Counted from the stretch's first letter, positions 9,526 through 19,029 are shown. The stretch: 64,000 bases of DNA from Candidatus Micrarchaeia archaeon (GCA_041650255.1 JBAZLL010000002.1:38932-102931), one strand, 5' to 3'. Translations and numbers: made by a program. The notes: a model not told the origin generated them from the letters alone.

Positions 9526-10062
9526 ATGGAATGTGAAATCTGCGGCAAAGGCGAAGCTGTATACATAGTATTCATGGAAGGCGCAAGGCTTAACGCATGT
9601 CCTACCTGCGCGCGCGGCGCAAAAATAATCGGCGGTCCAGGTCAGCAGGGCTCGCGCGGCTCTCAAAAAGGCGGGGCATCTTTTGGCGGCTCGTCCGGCA
9701 GTGGCACGTTCTCTTCATCAATTGGCGGCGGTTCTTCTTCAAGAGGCGAGCCGGAATTTGAGCTGGTGGAAAATTTCGGCTCAAAGATGCGCGATGCAAG
9801 AAACAAGATGAAACTTCCGCTTTCCGTATTGGCTGAAAAATTGGCGGAAAAGGAATCTTTTCTTGACAGAATAGAAAATCAAAAGACTCATCCTTCGCAG
9901 GAGCTTGCAAGAAAAATTGAAAAAGAGCTTGGCATAATTATTCTTGAAGAAAGTTCTTCTGCTCCAATGCAGGATGACAAATTCAAGCCCTCAGGCTCAA
10001 AAAAAGGTCTCACGCTCGGAGACATTTTGGAAATAGAGCAAAAGAAGAAAAAAAATAAATAA
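9526..10062 (+). CDS. mbf1: Archaeal multiprotein bridging factor 1 (Zn ribbon + HTH)
   Basis: MECEICG...CPTC Zn ribbon, HTH with ARKIEKELGI, TLGD tail; start 9526. Confidence 0.92.
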   Translation: MECEICGKGEAVYIVFMEGARLNACPTCARGAKIIGGPGQQGSRGSQKGGASFGGSSGSGTFSSSIGGGSSSRGEPEFELVENFGSKMRDARNKMKLPLSVLAEKLAEKESFLDRIENQKTHPSQELARKIEKELGIIILEESSSAPMQDDKFKPSGSKKGLTLGDILEIEQKKKKNK

Positions 10063-10098
10063 AAAAATAAAAAAGAAATTAAAAGCAAGTGATTCAAA

Positions 10099-11157
10099 AT
10101 GGGTTGCAATTTGGCGGATTTGACAAATCCAAAACAGGTGTCATTTTCCGATTTATCTTCAAAGGTAATTGCCGTTGATGCCTACAATACATTATATCAA
10201 TTTCTTTCTTCAATTCGCCAGGCGGACGGAACCCCTTTAATGGATACAAAAGGGAGACCAACCGGACATCTCACCGGGCTTTTTTACCGCTCAATAAAAT
10301 GGCTGGAAGCCGGAATAAAACCCGTTTTTGTATTTGATGGAAAACCGCCCGAACTAAAGGCAAAAACTTTACAAGAGCGAAAAAAGCGAAAAGAGGAAGC
10401 GCAGGAAAAAATGCAGCAAGCCCTTGATGAGGGCGATATCGAGTCTGCAAAACGATACGCGCAAGCCACAAGCAAACTCACTCCGGAAATGGCGCAGAGC
10501 GCGAAAAATCTTCTTGACGCACTCGGAATCGCTCACATACAGGCTCCTTCCGAAGGAGAGGCGGAAGCATCCGATTTAGTGAAGCGGGGCGTTGCATGGG
10601 CTGTCGCATCTCAGGATTTCGATTCACTTTTATTTGGCACGCCCCAGCTTTTGAGAAATCTCTCAACAACCGGAAGAAGAAAAGTACCCCGAAAAAACGA
10701 ATATATGCAAATTGAGCCGGAGCTCATAACCTTGCAGGAAGTCTATTCTGCAAACAATGTAAACAATTTCCAGCTCATATGGCTTGCAATACTTTCAGGC
10801 ACCGATTTCAATTCGGGTGTTTTTGGCATCGGTCCGAAAAAAGCGCTCAAAATTGTGTCTGGTGCAAAATCATTTGATGATGTAATCGCCCGCCTTCCAG
10901 AATCCGCGCGGGCAAAAAAAGACGAGAACAACGAAATAATCGGGCTTGAGAGCTGGCAAAAAATAGAAGAATTTTTCCTAAAGCCCCCTGTTAGCGGCAC
11001 AACAAAAATCTCGCATTCCATCCCCGATGAGAAAAAAGTCGCGGCAATTTTGTGCGACGAATACGATTTTTCCCACGAGCGCGTGGAGCGCACACTTGGC
11101 GCGTATCTAAAGGCGCAAAAAGAGAATGGCGGGCAAACAAAGCTTGGCGACTGGTAA
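10099..11157 (+). CDS. fen: Flap endonuclease 1
   Basis: AVDAYNTLYQFLSSIRQADG, QAPSEGEAEA, SQDFDSLLFG, GTDFN, C-terminal PIP-like QTKLGDW. Confidence 0.97.
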   Translation: MGCNLADLTNPKQVSFSDLSSKVIAVDAYNTLYQFLSSIRQADGTPLMDTKGRPTGHLTGLFYRSIKWLEAGIKPVFVFDGKPPELKAKTLQERKKRKEEAQEKMQQALDEGDIESAKRYAQATSKLTPEMAQSAKNLLDALGIAHIQAPSEGEAEASDLVKRGVAWAVASQDFDSLLFGTPQLLRNLSTTGRRKVPRKNEYMQIEPELITLQEVYSANNVNNFQLIWLAILSGTDFNSGVFGIGPKKALKIVSGAKSFDDVIARLPESARAKKDENNEIIGLESWQKIEEFFLKPPVSGTTKISHSIPDEKKVAAILCDEYDFSHERVERTLGAYLKAQKENGGQTKLGDW

Positions 11158-11200
11158 GACAATAATAAAGAAAAACTTCAATATCCAAAAATTCGTTTTT

Positions 11201-11584
11201 CTAAATTTCAATTTCCACTTCGCTTCCTTCTTCCAATCCGTATTTTTTCTTCAAATAATCTGCGGAAATAATTTGCAAAATGTTTCTTGGATGCACATTG
11301 TTTTTTGGAAAAACAACTGCGCATTTGCTCTCTTTTATTTTTACTGGATATACATCAACATTCCAAAACCTGATTTGCTCGTCTTCAAACCCGTTTATTA
11401 TTATCGCCGGTCGTTTTTTCATCTTCTCAATTTTTTCAATATCTTTTTCAGCTATGTTGATATTTAGTGTTCCTTCAAAAGGAATATAACCCAGTTTTTT
11501 CTCAAACTGTTTTTTGTATTGTGAAATGGACATGAAATATCTTCCCGTACCCATTCCTTTCACAACTGTCCCGGAAATTTTCAT
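11201..11584 (-). CDS. ribK: CTP-dependent riboflavin kinase paralogue (divergent)
   Basis: GTVVKGMGTGRYF, PFEGTLN, HPRNILQII..LKKKYGL; conserved Glu appears as Gln. Confidence 0.8.
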   Translation of the reverse strand: MKISGTVVKGMGTGRYFMSISQYKKQFEKKLGYIPFEGTLNINIAEKDIEKIEKMKKRPAIIINGFEDEQIRFWNVDVYPVKIKESKCAVVFPKNNVHPRNILQIISADYLKKKYGLEEGSEVEIEI

Positions 11585-11674
11585 AAAAAAGATAATCATG
11601 TTTGCATTTTAACCTTTTGCAAACCGTGCATCCGATTACTTGCAACGCGCTTTTTGCCAAAAACTTTTTTAAAT

Positions 11675-12094
11675 TTATAATAATGGCAAAATTTCAACCT
11701 CAATTTGTGCCCCGTCTTTAAGCCCGAATTTCTTGCGCATATTCTCCGCGCACACAAACTCAAGCACTTCCGGCGGGTGATGGTTCAAAAACGGGAATAT
11801 AATCACTCCCTGCTCTCCCAATATTTTTGCCTTATGGCACTTAATCTGAAAATATTTTTTGTTCCCGACGTCAAATCCGTCTACAACAAGTCCGTCGCCC
11901 ATTCTCAATTCCAACGCCAGTTTTTCATATTCGGGTAAAACTCTCACATTCAGCGTTCCTGCAAAAGGTGCATGCCCAAGCAATTTTTCAAATTCCTGTG
12001 CATATTTCTCAAGCGATAAAAAGAACTGCCCCTCGCCCCTGCCTGATACCACTTTCCCTATTATTTTAGACATGAAATTCACTGCCATTTGCAA
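11675..12094 (-). CDS. ribK: CTP-dependent riboflavin kinase (archaeal)
   Basis: GKVVSGRGEGQFF, PFAGTLN, HPPEVLEFV..NMRKKFGLKDG; true start may be 12073. Confidence 0.9.
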   Translation of the reverse strand: MQMAVNFMSKIIGKVVSGRGEGQFFLSLEKYAQEFEKLLGHAPFAGTLNVRVLPEYEKLALELRMGDGLVVDGFDVGNKKYFQIKCHKAKILGEQGVIIFPFLNHHPPEVLEFVCAENMRKKFGLKDGAQIEVEILPLL

Positions 12095-12103
12095 TAAAAT
12101 AAA

Positions 12104-12166
12104 TGGTCTCAGACGCTGTTAGCCTCATCATATATCAGAGGTTGTTCAACAAATCATCAACGACCA
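12104..12166 (-). ncRNA. Box C/D methylation-guide sRNA (candidate B)
   Basis: Minus strand: stem TGGTC, G, C box TTGATGA, TTTGTTGAACAACCT, D' CTGA, TAT, C' ATGATGA, GGCTAACAGCGT, D CTGA, stem GACCA; TTATAAAT box at 12193-12186. Confidence 0.88.
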
Positions 12167-12243
12167 AACTTATCTGTGTTTGGATATTTATAACTCCTGC
12201 CCCGAAATTGTTCTTCTGTATTTGGCAGTATCCATATCAAAAT

Positions 12244-12687
12244 TTAGCAATTATCATTTATCGCAACATGTGCCGTGCCTGTTGCATTATACGCAACTTT
12301 TATCCTGTGTCTTCCCGGGGTTGAAGGCCATTTTCCGCAAATGGGTGCATGAGAGCCGGCAGACATGTCTCCTTCGCTAAGCACGTTAATGTTTGTGGTT
12401 TTTCTCTTGCTCCAATTCAGCTCATAAGAAGGCGCACCGATAAACGAGCCATTAAAATTAGTGCTTTCGGGCATATCCACCCAAACATATTGGGATGCAC
12501 CATCCCCTGCCAAATACACTTCATCCGCCGCATTTGCAACTATTGAGGCAGAGCTTTTGGCAATCTCCTTCTCTCTTATTGCCTGGCTTCCTATCGCTTC
12601 ACTAGGCAAAACCGCCACAACAACTGAGAGGGCAATTAATGCCCCCGCAAATAAAAGAAGAAGCTCAAGTGATCCTTGAGCCTTCAT
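12244..12687 (-). CDS. Class III signal peptide (type IV pilin-like) protein
   Basis: MKA|QGSLE followed by a hydrophobic helix (Q at +1, E at +5). Confidence 0.85.
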   Translation of the reverse strand: MKAQGSLELLLLFAGALIALSVVVAVLPSEAIGSQAIREKEIAKSSASIVANAADEVYLAGDGASQYVWVDMPESTNFNGSFIGAPSYELNWSKRKTTNINVLSEGDMSAGSHAPICGKWPSTPGRHRIKVAYNATGTAHVAINDNC

Positions 12688-13583
12688 TTTTTCTTTCCCC
12701 CCTTTCTCGCATGGGTCTTTTTGCGGGTTGCAGCCGCCGGAGCAACCGACGGTCTTGCATGTCCTTCATTAAAGAAGAACTTGAACATGTTCGCCATATA
12801 CGATGTTCCTATCGCAATCATTACTGCTTCCAGTGCAAACATCACTATATATTCAATAGTTGTTCCGACAACCGGAATCATTGATGTAAACACAGTTGCA
12901 AAAACAATCACCATCGCCACAACAAATGCGATTACTCCAAAAACAAATTGCGGTATGAACACCTCAACTGTCTGACCCTTTATTGTGTCAAACGATTTTC
13001 TTGGCATCTGTCCCTCGTGCCCATCGCCTCTAAGCAAAAGGTATTGCGAAAAGGTTGTTCTTATGCCGTGAATAATCATCGCGATAATCCATGCAAAAAT
13101 TGCAATCATGAAGAACAGGATTCCGACTTCTACAAATGTAAATGCCGCTACGATTCCAATTATGAGCAAAACAACTGTCGGAATAAGCAATTTCTTGTCA
13201 TACCAGCAGGTAATGTCAACCGCAAAGAGCCTTAGGTGCAGCATAAACCATTCGACCACACCCGGAACTTTTTGCGGTACACCCATTCCGTTTGCCTTAA
13301 TCGCCGTTCGCATAATTCGCGGCAATACATAAAAGAAATTGAAAAGCCCGAGCACAACTGCAACTAATCCTAACGCAAGAACTGCCATACTCGCGCCCGG
13401 AGAAATCGTTGTTGCCTGTGAATAGGGTGCATATCTTGATGAACCCGTAATCATCGCCATCCCATACGACGGAATAATCGCAAGGAACGCATAAAGCGCG
13501 CCAAGCTTAAGCATCTCCATATTGCCCACTTGTGAAATGGCAAACTTTATGCCACCTATAATATCAAAATATGTTTTCCCCAT
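12684..13583 (-). CDS. Hypothetical polytopic membrane protein
   Basis: About 6 hydrophobic segments, basic tail; 4-bp overlap with the pilin-like gene. Confidence 0.75.
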   Translation of the reverse strand: MGKTYFDIIGGIKFAISQVGNMEMLKLGALYAFLAIIPSYGMAMITGSSRYAPYSQATTISPGASMAVLALGLVAVVLGLFNFFYVLPRIMRTAIKANGMGVPQKVPGVVEWFMLHLRLFAVDITCWYDKKLLIPTVVLLIIGIVAAFTFVEVGILFFMIAIFAWIIAMIIHGIRTTFSQYLLLRGDGHEGQMPRKSFDTIKGQTVEVFIPQFVFGVIAFVVAMVIVFATVFTSMIPVVGTTIEYIVMFALEAVMIAIGTSYMANMFKFFFNEGHARPSVAPAAATRKKTHARKGGKKK

Positions 13584-13706
13584 TTACACACCTTCATGTT
13601 TGGTTAATTATCAGAAAAGCTATTATGATATCAATTAAAAACCTAACTCCGCCCGATTTTTCGCACAACCCTCAATTCTTCATAAAAATGCAAATAAAAA
13701 TTAGTG

Positions 13707-14792
13707 TTAATCCTGCCTTTCAATTATTTTTTGCGCAATGCTCATTTTTTTCTCGCGTTTTTGCCTATGCTTTGCAAACCATTCAAGTGCAATTTCAACC
13801 GCTTCTTTTTTGCATTCGCCGCAAAGCATCTTTCCGCCCGTGCATCTTGCATATCTGTTCTCAAGGCTCTTATCATCCAATTCAAAGTGGGTTTTGCACA
13901 AATCAAATATGACACATTTTGCAATATCCCCGCCAAGCCTTCTTTGCTCGTCGGCAGTATCCCGCCCGCCGGTGAGTGTGCGCATAAGCTTTCTCTTAAT
14001 GCTCTCCTCATCTTCAGAAAGCCAAATCATGGAATCGGGCTCGCGTTTTGACATTTTCGCCTCGCCCTTTAGATTTCTGATAAACTTATGATAAGTTGCA
14101 GACGGCAACACAATCTTTTCCTTAAATGCCAAATCGCGCGCAAGTCGAATATGCGGGTCCTGGTCAAGCCCGACAGGCACAAGCACATGCTTCGGACCGC
14201 CAAAATCCTCATGTTGTGGCAGGAAAATATCGCCTATCTGTGCAAGAACCGCCATGTAAAGGCCCATATCTTTCTCGCCGTAAATTGCCTCAAAGGTTGC
14301 GCGGGTTACTCTCCCAGAAAGAAGAAATGCCTTGTTCATCACTCTGCTTTCCTTTGATTGGCGGTAAATGTAAGCGTTCTTCTCATCAAGCCCAAGTGCA
14401 AGCAAATCGGCAACATTTGATATTGCATTTTGCCTGCACTGCTCAAGGCTAAGCCCGTTGTCCGCGTGCGCCTCCAAATCGGCAATGCCATAGAAAACTT
14501 TTGCGCCGAATTCCTTTTGGAAAAATATTATCTCCTCGGCAGTCTGCTTGCTTCCGAGATGAAAATCGCCGGACGGCTTTATTCCGCTCATCACCGCCGC
14601 TTTTTTTTCCTCTGCCGCTTTTATCCACTGAACCAAATCACGGTGGGCAATCACAATATCGCGCGAAAAAAGATGCGAATGCGCAAATCTTTTTTTAAGC
14701 GCGGGGCTTATGTGCTCAAGCCCGAATTCAGAATAAAGCTTTGAAACGTCCTCGCAAATATCCGAGCTCCACGGGTCTATTTTGTCTTTCAT
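13707..14792 (-). CDS. trpS: Tryptophanyl-tRNA synthetase (archaeal)
   Basis: SGIKPSGDFHLGS (HIGH), VPVGLDQDPHIRLARD, KMSKR (KMSKS). Confidence 0.96.
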   Translation of the reverse strand: MKDKIDPWSSDICEDVSKLYSEFGLEHISPALKKRFAHSHLFSRDIVIAHRDLVQWIKAAEEKKAAVMSGIKPSGDFHLGSKQTAEEIIFFQKEFGAKVFYGIADLEAHADNGLSLEQCRQNAISNVADLLALGLDEKNAYIYRQSKESRVMNKAFLLSGRVTRATFEAIYGEKDMGLYMAVLAQIGDIFLPQHEDFGGPKHVLVPVGLDQDPHIRLARDLAFKEKIVLPSATYHKFIRNLKGEAKMSKREPDSMIWLSEDEESIKRKLMRTLTGGRDTADEQRRLGGDIAKCVIFDLCKTHFELDDKSLENRYARCTGGKMLCGECKKEAVEIALEWFAKHRQKREKKMSIAQKIIERQD

Positions 14793-15517
14793 TATTTTCT
14801 CCCCAATTTTTTGCCAGATGGCTTTTGCGTGCTAATGCTAAATCCGTTTGAGTCAATGATGCAAGGGTGCATGTCGTGCATGTGTTGTGTTCCGCGAAGT
14901 TTTATCACTTCAAACGTGCGCGTTCTTTTCATACCCTCTCTTATCCATCCAAGATGGACATATCCATCAGTGAGCGCTTCTATTCCTACACTTGTGCGCG
15001 GAATATTCGGGTCCGGGGGCACCATATCATCCGCAGTTATTATCGTGGTTGCGCCCCATTTTCTCACGATATTCACAATCTTTTGCAAAAATTGCCTTCG
15101 CTCGTCTCCCATTGCGAGGCTGGCAAGCGGGGTAATTGAATCAAAAACAACTCGCTCCACTCCGAGCGTGTCAATCAATTCCAGAATGGAGCTTTCCTGC
15201 TCCACAAAGCTTGAAAGTTCGTTGTGCGGGTATTCAATAAATATTACCTGTTTTTCCCGCTCCATTTTCGGCAAGTCCCAACCAAAGCTTGTCATGTTTG
15301 AAAAAATCGAGAATTTCGGCTCGTCAAACGAGAGATAAAGTCCGACTTCCTTTTCCTCTTTGAATCCATTAATTAGAAATTGCGTTGCGAAAGTCGTTCT
15401 TCCCGAGCCCGTGCTTCCGGACAAAGCGATAAGATTATTTTTGGTGAATCCGCCGCCTATAATTTCATCCAGCCCCGGAATACCGCTTTTTACCCTGGGA
15501 AACAATATGCTGCTCAT
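14792..15517 (-). CDS. KaiC/RAD55-like ATPase, single domain
   Basis: RVKSGIPGLDEIIGGG, Walker A GSTGSGRTT, RVVFDSI, RTFEVIKLRG. Confidence 0.9.
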   Translation of the reverse strand: MSSILFPRVKSGIPGLDEIIGGGFTKNNLIALSGSTGSGRTTFATQFLINGFKEEKEVGLYLSFDEPKFSIFSNMTSFGWDLPKMEREKQVIFIEYPHNELSSFVEQESSILELIDTLGVERVVFDSITPLASLAMGDERRQFLQKIVNIVRKWGATTIITADDMVPPDPNIPRTSVGIEALTDGYVHLGWIREGMKRTRTFEVIKLRGTQHMHDMHPCIIDSNGFSISTQKPSGKKLGRK

Positions 15518-15523
15518 CGTAGT

Positions 15524-16036
15524 TCACTTCTTCTTGTCCTTTGAATCATCACTCATCTCTTTAATCCTTTTGCCAAGCTCCGCCTTGTTTGACATTTGTT
15601 TTACAAACTTTTTGCGCTCTTCCTCAGACATTGATTTTGAAAGAATGTGATGGGTAAGCTCCTGGCTTGTTGCCGAAATATTCATGAGCGCATTTTGCAT
15701 TTCGCCCGCATCTATTCTCGCGTCAAGCGGCTCTTCTATGTCAATTCCAATCGGAGTGTAACTCATTGTGAGCCTCAAAAGGGTTGAAAAATCCGAAATA
15801 AGCATGCTGACTTTTGCAGTAGTTGAGAAAGTTCCTTCGCGCTCAAGCGGCGCTTCAATTTCCGCGACCGCCATTTTTACTCCCGGTTCATTAGTAAGCT
15901 TGCTAGTAAAGCCCACCATCATCTCCTGCAAGTTGTCTATCTTGTCAGAGTGCATGTCAAAATAAAAATGCACAAAAAACCCGCCGTGCCTTAGCACATT
16001 TGACTTAAGCTCTTCAAATTTTCTCATGTCTGCCAT
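15524..16036 (-). CDS. Hypothetical protein, co-oriented with the KaiC-like gene
   Basis: 170 aa, globular pattern (HFYFDMH, NEPGV, YTPIGIDIEEP); 6 bp from the KaiC-like gene. Confidence 0.75.
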   Translation of the reverse strand: MADMRKFEELKSNVLRHGGFFVHFYFDMHSDKIDNLQEMMVGFTSKLTNEPGVKMAVAEIEAPLEREGTFSTTAKVSMLISDFSTLLRLTMSYTPIGIDIEEPLDARIDAGEMQNALMNISATSQELTHHILSKSMSEEERKKFVKQMSNKAELGKRIKEMSDDSKDKKK

Positions 16037-16106
16037 AGAAATTACCTTAGAAGCAAAATTTATGTAAAATTAACGAAGGCAGGATATAAAAAGTGAATGA
16101 ATGGCA

Positions 16107-16146
16107 AAAAAGCAACCAAACTGCAAAAAGCAACCAAACTGCAAAA
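16107..16146. repeat. 18-bp tandem repeat (2 copies plus partial)
   Basis: AAAAAGCAACCAAACTGC at 16107 and 16125. Confidence 0.85.
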
Positions 16147-16173
16147 TTTAGTACTATATCTATCAATTCATAT

Positions 16174-17376
16174 CTATTTGTGCGCAATTTTTGCCACAAC
16201 CATCAAATCCGTTCCAATGCTTGCAACATTCACTATCTCCGCATTGGTCGCATTCGCAATCTCAAGTGCCCCTTTTCCTTCAAAAAGAGATTTTCCATCT
16301 CCTCCAATAATCTTCGGAGCAACGAACAATATCATCACGTCAATTAGCCCTTCATCAAGCAATGCTTTTGCCAAGGTTGCTCCCCCTTCGCAAAGCACCT
16401 GATTAATTTCCCTTTTTTGCAATTGCATAAGCAAAAATTTCAAATCCACATGCCCGTTCTTATCCGCCGGACACATAAGCACGTCAATTCCTTTTTTTTG
16501 CAATTTATCAATCTTTTTTTTGTCCGCTTTCTGCGTGCATGCAACAAGAGCGTTTTTATCAAAAAACACTTTTTCATCGCCGGAAACAGACAAATTCGAA
16601 TCAACAATAACTCGTAGTGGACTCACAAACTCCATTTCATCAAAATCAGTTTGCACGGATTCGTTTGCCCGCGCATTTTTCGATTTCTTCGCATCCGTTT
16701 CCTTTTCCAATTTTCTTGCAGTCAGTTGCGGATTGTCTTTTAGCACCGTGCCGGCTCCGACAAGAACCGCACCTGCTTTATCGCGCATTTTCATCACAAT
16801 CATTCTGGACCTCTCGCACGAAATCCATTTTGAATCTCCGGAAGAAGTAGCGGTTTTTCCATCCAATGTAATCGCCATCTTCAAAGTCAGAAGCGGCATG
16901 CTTGTTTTGAGCGCTTTTATATATGCAGAATTCACGGCTTGTGCTGCCTCTTCCAAGATGCCAGATTCAACTTCAATCCCCGCCTCGCGCAATTTTTTCT
17001 CCCCGTCTCCCTTTACTTTTGCATTCAAGTCTTTCATTGCAAAAACAACCTTGCCAATGCCCGCATCAATTATCGCGTCCGTGCACGGCGGAGTCCGCCC
17101 CGTATGGTTGCAAGGCTCCAAATTTACATAAAGAGTAGAACCTTTCAAAAGAGATTTCCAATCTTTCGGATTTTTTTTCTTCACATCAAAAATGGCTTCA
17201 ACTTCCGCGTGTGCTTCCCCTGCCTTTTTGTGAAATCCCATTCCGATTATTTTTTCCTCTTTTACAATAACCGCGCCAACGTATGGATTCGGCGCAGGCC
17301 TGCCTCGCACCGCCAATTCAAGCGCCTGTTGCATAAAGAATAAGTCTTGCTCGTTATTTTCAGGCATCAATATCAC
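16174..17376 (-). CDS. ribD: Bifunctional riboflavin deaminase/reductase RibD (bacterial type)
   Basis: PNPYVGAV, HAEVEA, LEPCNHTGRTPPC deaminase; KMAITLDGK, GAGTVLKDNPQL, CEGGA reductase. Confidence 0.96.
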   Translation of the reverse strand: MILMPENNEQDLFFMQQALELAVRGRPAPNPYVGAVIVKEEKIIGMGFHKKAGEAHAEVEAIFDVKKKNPKDWKSLLKGSTLYVNLEPCNHTGRTPPCTDAIIDAGIGKVVFAMKDLNAKVKGDGEKKLREAGIEVESGILEEAAQAVNSAYIKALKTSMPLLTLKMAITLDGKTATSSGDSKWISCERSRMIVMKMRDKAGAVLVGAGTVLKDNPQLTARKLEKETDAKKSKNARANESVQTDFDEMEFVSPLRVIVDSNLSVSGDEKVFFDKNALVACTQKADKKKIDKLQKKGIDVLMCPADKNGHVDLKFLLMQLQKREINQVLCEGGATLAKALLDEGLIDVMILFVAPKIIGGDGKSLFEGKGALEIANATNAEIVNVASIGTDLMVVAKIAHK

Positions 17377-17411
17377 ACAAACTTTTGCAATCGGATAAAT
17401 CTAAATGCACA

Positions 17412-18035
17412 CTACAAATCTTCCTGCTCATCCATTATATGTCCCATCTTATCTTTTTTGGTTTTCAAATAAGCCGAATCATAACCCGTTTGTGCGACTT
17501 GCAAAGACATTCTCTCATCAACAACTATCCCCTCTTTCTCAAGCCCAATCACTTTTTTGGGATTATTGCTCATCAAAATAATTGATTTCACTCCGATATA
17601 TTTGAGCATGTCTGCCGCAGATTCATAGCCTCGCAAATCATCTGCAAATCCGAGCTGATGGTTTGCCTGTACAGTGTCCATTCCATCATCTTGCAAAGCA
17701 TAAGCCCTGATTTTATTTGCAAGCCCAATGCCCCGCCCTTCCTGATTCATATAAAGTAAAACTCCAATTTCCTGTTTTCCAAGATATGTCATTGCCTTCT
17801 CGTATTGTTGCCTGCAATCACAGCGCAGTGAACCGAGCGCATCTCCGGTCAAACAGCGAGAATGCACGCGAACAGGCACGCCCTGTTTGCCTTTTACTTC
17901 CCCTCTTACAAGCGCCAAATGGGTTTTCATTTTTTGGTCTTCAAAAGCATATACCTCAAACTCGCCAAACCCAGTCGGCAGTTTCGCCTTTGAGATAAAT
18001 TCAGTCCTTTCCCGCTCGCCTGTTTCTTCATTCAT
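17412..18035 (-). CDS. ribA: GTP cyclohydrolase II
   Basis: VRVHSRCLTGDALGSLRCDC, QEGRGIGL, DTVQAN, MSNNPKK, YLKTKKDKMGH. Confidence 0.97.
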   Translation of the reverse strand: MNEETGERERTEFISKAKLPTGFGEFEVYAFEDQKMKTHLALVRGEVKGKQGVPVRVHSRCLTGDALGSLRCDCRQQYEKAMTYLGKQEIGVLLYMNQEGRGIGLANKIRAYALQDDGMDTVQANHQLGFADDLRGYESAADMLKYIGVKSIILMSNNPKKVIGLEKEGIVVDERMSLQVAQTGYDSAYLKTKKDKMGHIMDEQEDL

Positions 18036-18455
18036 TTATTTCACCAAATCCTTCATGTTCCCAATCATCTTAAGCGCGCTTATGACACATCTTTCTCCAT
18101 ATTCCAAGGCTCTTTCATGTGCCTGCTCCTGAGTCGCCCCAGGTCCGATAATTCCAAACAAAACGGGCTTGCGGCTTTCAATAGAAATGCGAGAAAGCGA
18201 GTTTGCAAGCGCCCCCGCTATAATTTCGTCGTGTTTTGTCTCTCCCTTCACTATTGCGCCAAGGCAAACAACTGCCTGCACTTCTGTCTTTTTGGCAAGC
18301 TCGGAGGCGACAAGCGCCATGTCATATGCGCCGGGAACATGCACCAATTTTACTATTTCAACTTTTTTGCGCTCGCACGTTTCAAGCGCGCTTTTTTCCA
18401 TCTTCTGTGTAATCTCACTATTAAATTCCGATACAATAATCGCGATTTTTACCAT
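18036..18455 (-). CDS. ribH: 6,7-dimethyl-8-ribityllumazine synthase
   Basis: IIVSEFN, VPGAYDM, LGAIVKGETKHD, PVLFGI. Confidence 0.96.
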   Translation of the reverse strand: MVKIAIIVSEFNSEITQKMEKSALETCERKKVEIVKLVHVPGAYDMALVASELAKKTEVQAVVCLGAIVKGETKHDEIIAGALANSLSRISIESRKPVLFGIIGPGATQEQAHERALEYGERCVISALKMIGNMKDLVK

Positions 18456-18461
18456 AATATT

Positions 18462-18950
18462 TCAGCCCTTTATCTCTCCTTCATCCTCTCTTCCCTGCCG
18501 TTTTCCCGTTCCTGCTCTTTCCACAAGTTTAGCCGGATTCTCAACGAGCCAAATTGCATTATGCACATGTTTTCTAATTCTGTCTTGAGTGAGCAAATAC
18601 AAGTCCATTTCATCCAATACCGCATTTTTCATACTCTCTTTCATGTGCACAAAAACTTCAATTATGTGCTTTGAATGTTTGAGCATCACGGCCTGAATTG
18701 CAGAAGATGCCTCATGTGCGCAAACCGAGTCAATATCCGCCCCGCCAACCATTCCAAGCGCCATTACGATATCGCATTTTTCATTTTCAAAAAGAAGGGC
18801 GCATTCAACCGGCAAATCCTTGATTCCCGGAACGGTCTTTCTAACAACTTTAAGCGTGTCAAATTCGCCTTTATTCTTCGCAATTTCATCCAGCGCAATT
18901 TTTCCCATATTAACGCGCGAGAATGTCGTATCCACTATGCCAAGTTTCAT
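18462..18950 (-). CDS. ribC: Riboflavin synthase, archaeal type
   Basis: GIVDTTFSRVNMG, TVPGIKDLPV, IIEVFVH. Confidence 0.95.
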   Translation of the reverse strand: MKLGIVDTTFSRVNMGKIALDEIAKNKGEFDTLKVVRKTVPGIKDLPVECALLFENEKCDIVMALGMVGGADIDSVCAHEASSAIQAVMLKHSKHIIEVFVHMKESMKNAVLDEMDLYLLTQDRIRKHVHNAIWLVENPAKLVERAGTGKRQGREDEGEIKG

Positions 18951-19029
18951 GTAAATATATGCGGATGCGAAAAATTAAAGCCTATGCCTATGAGATAAAC
19001 AAAATTATACTCCTCTAAATCTATTTTTA

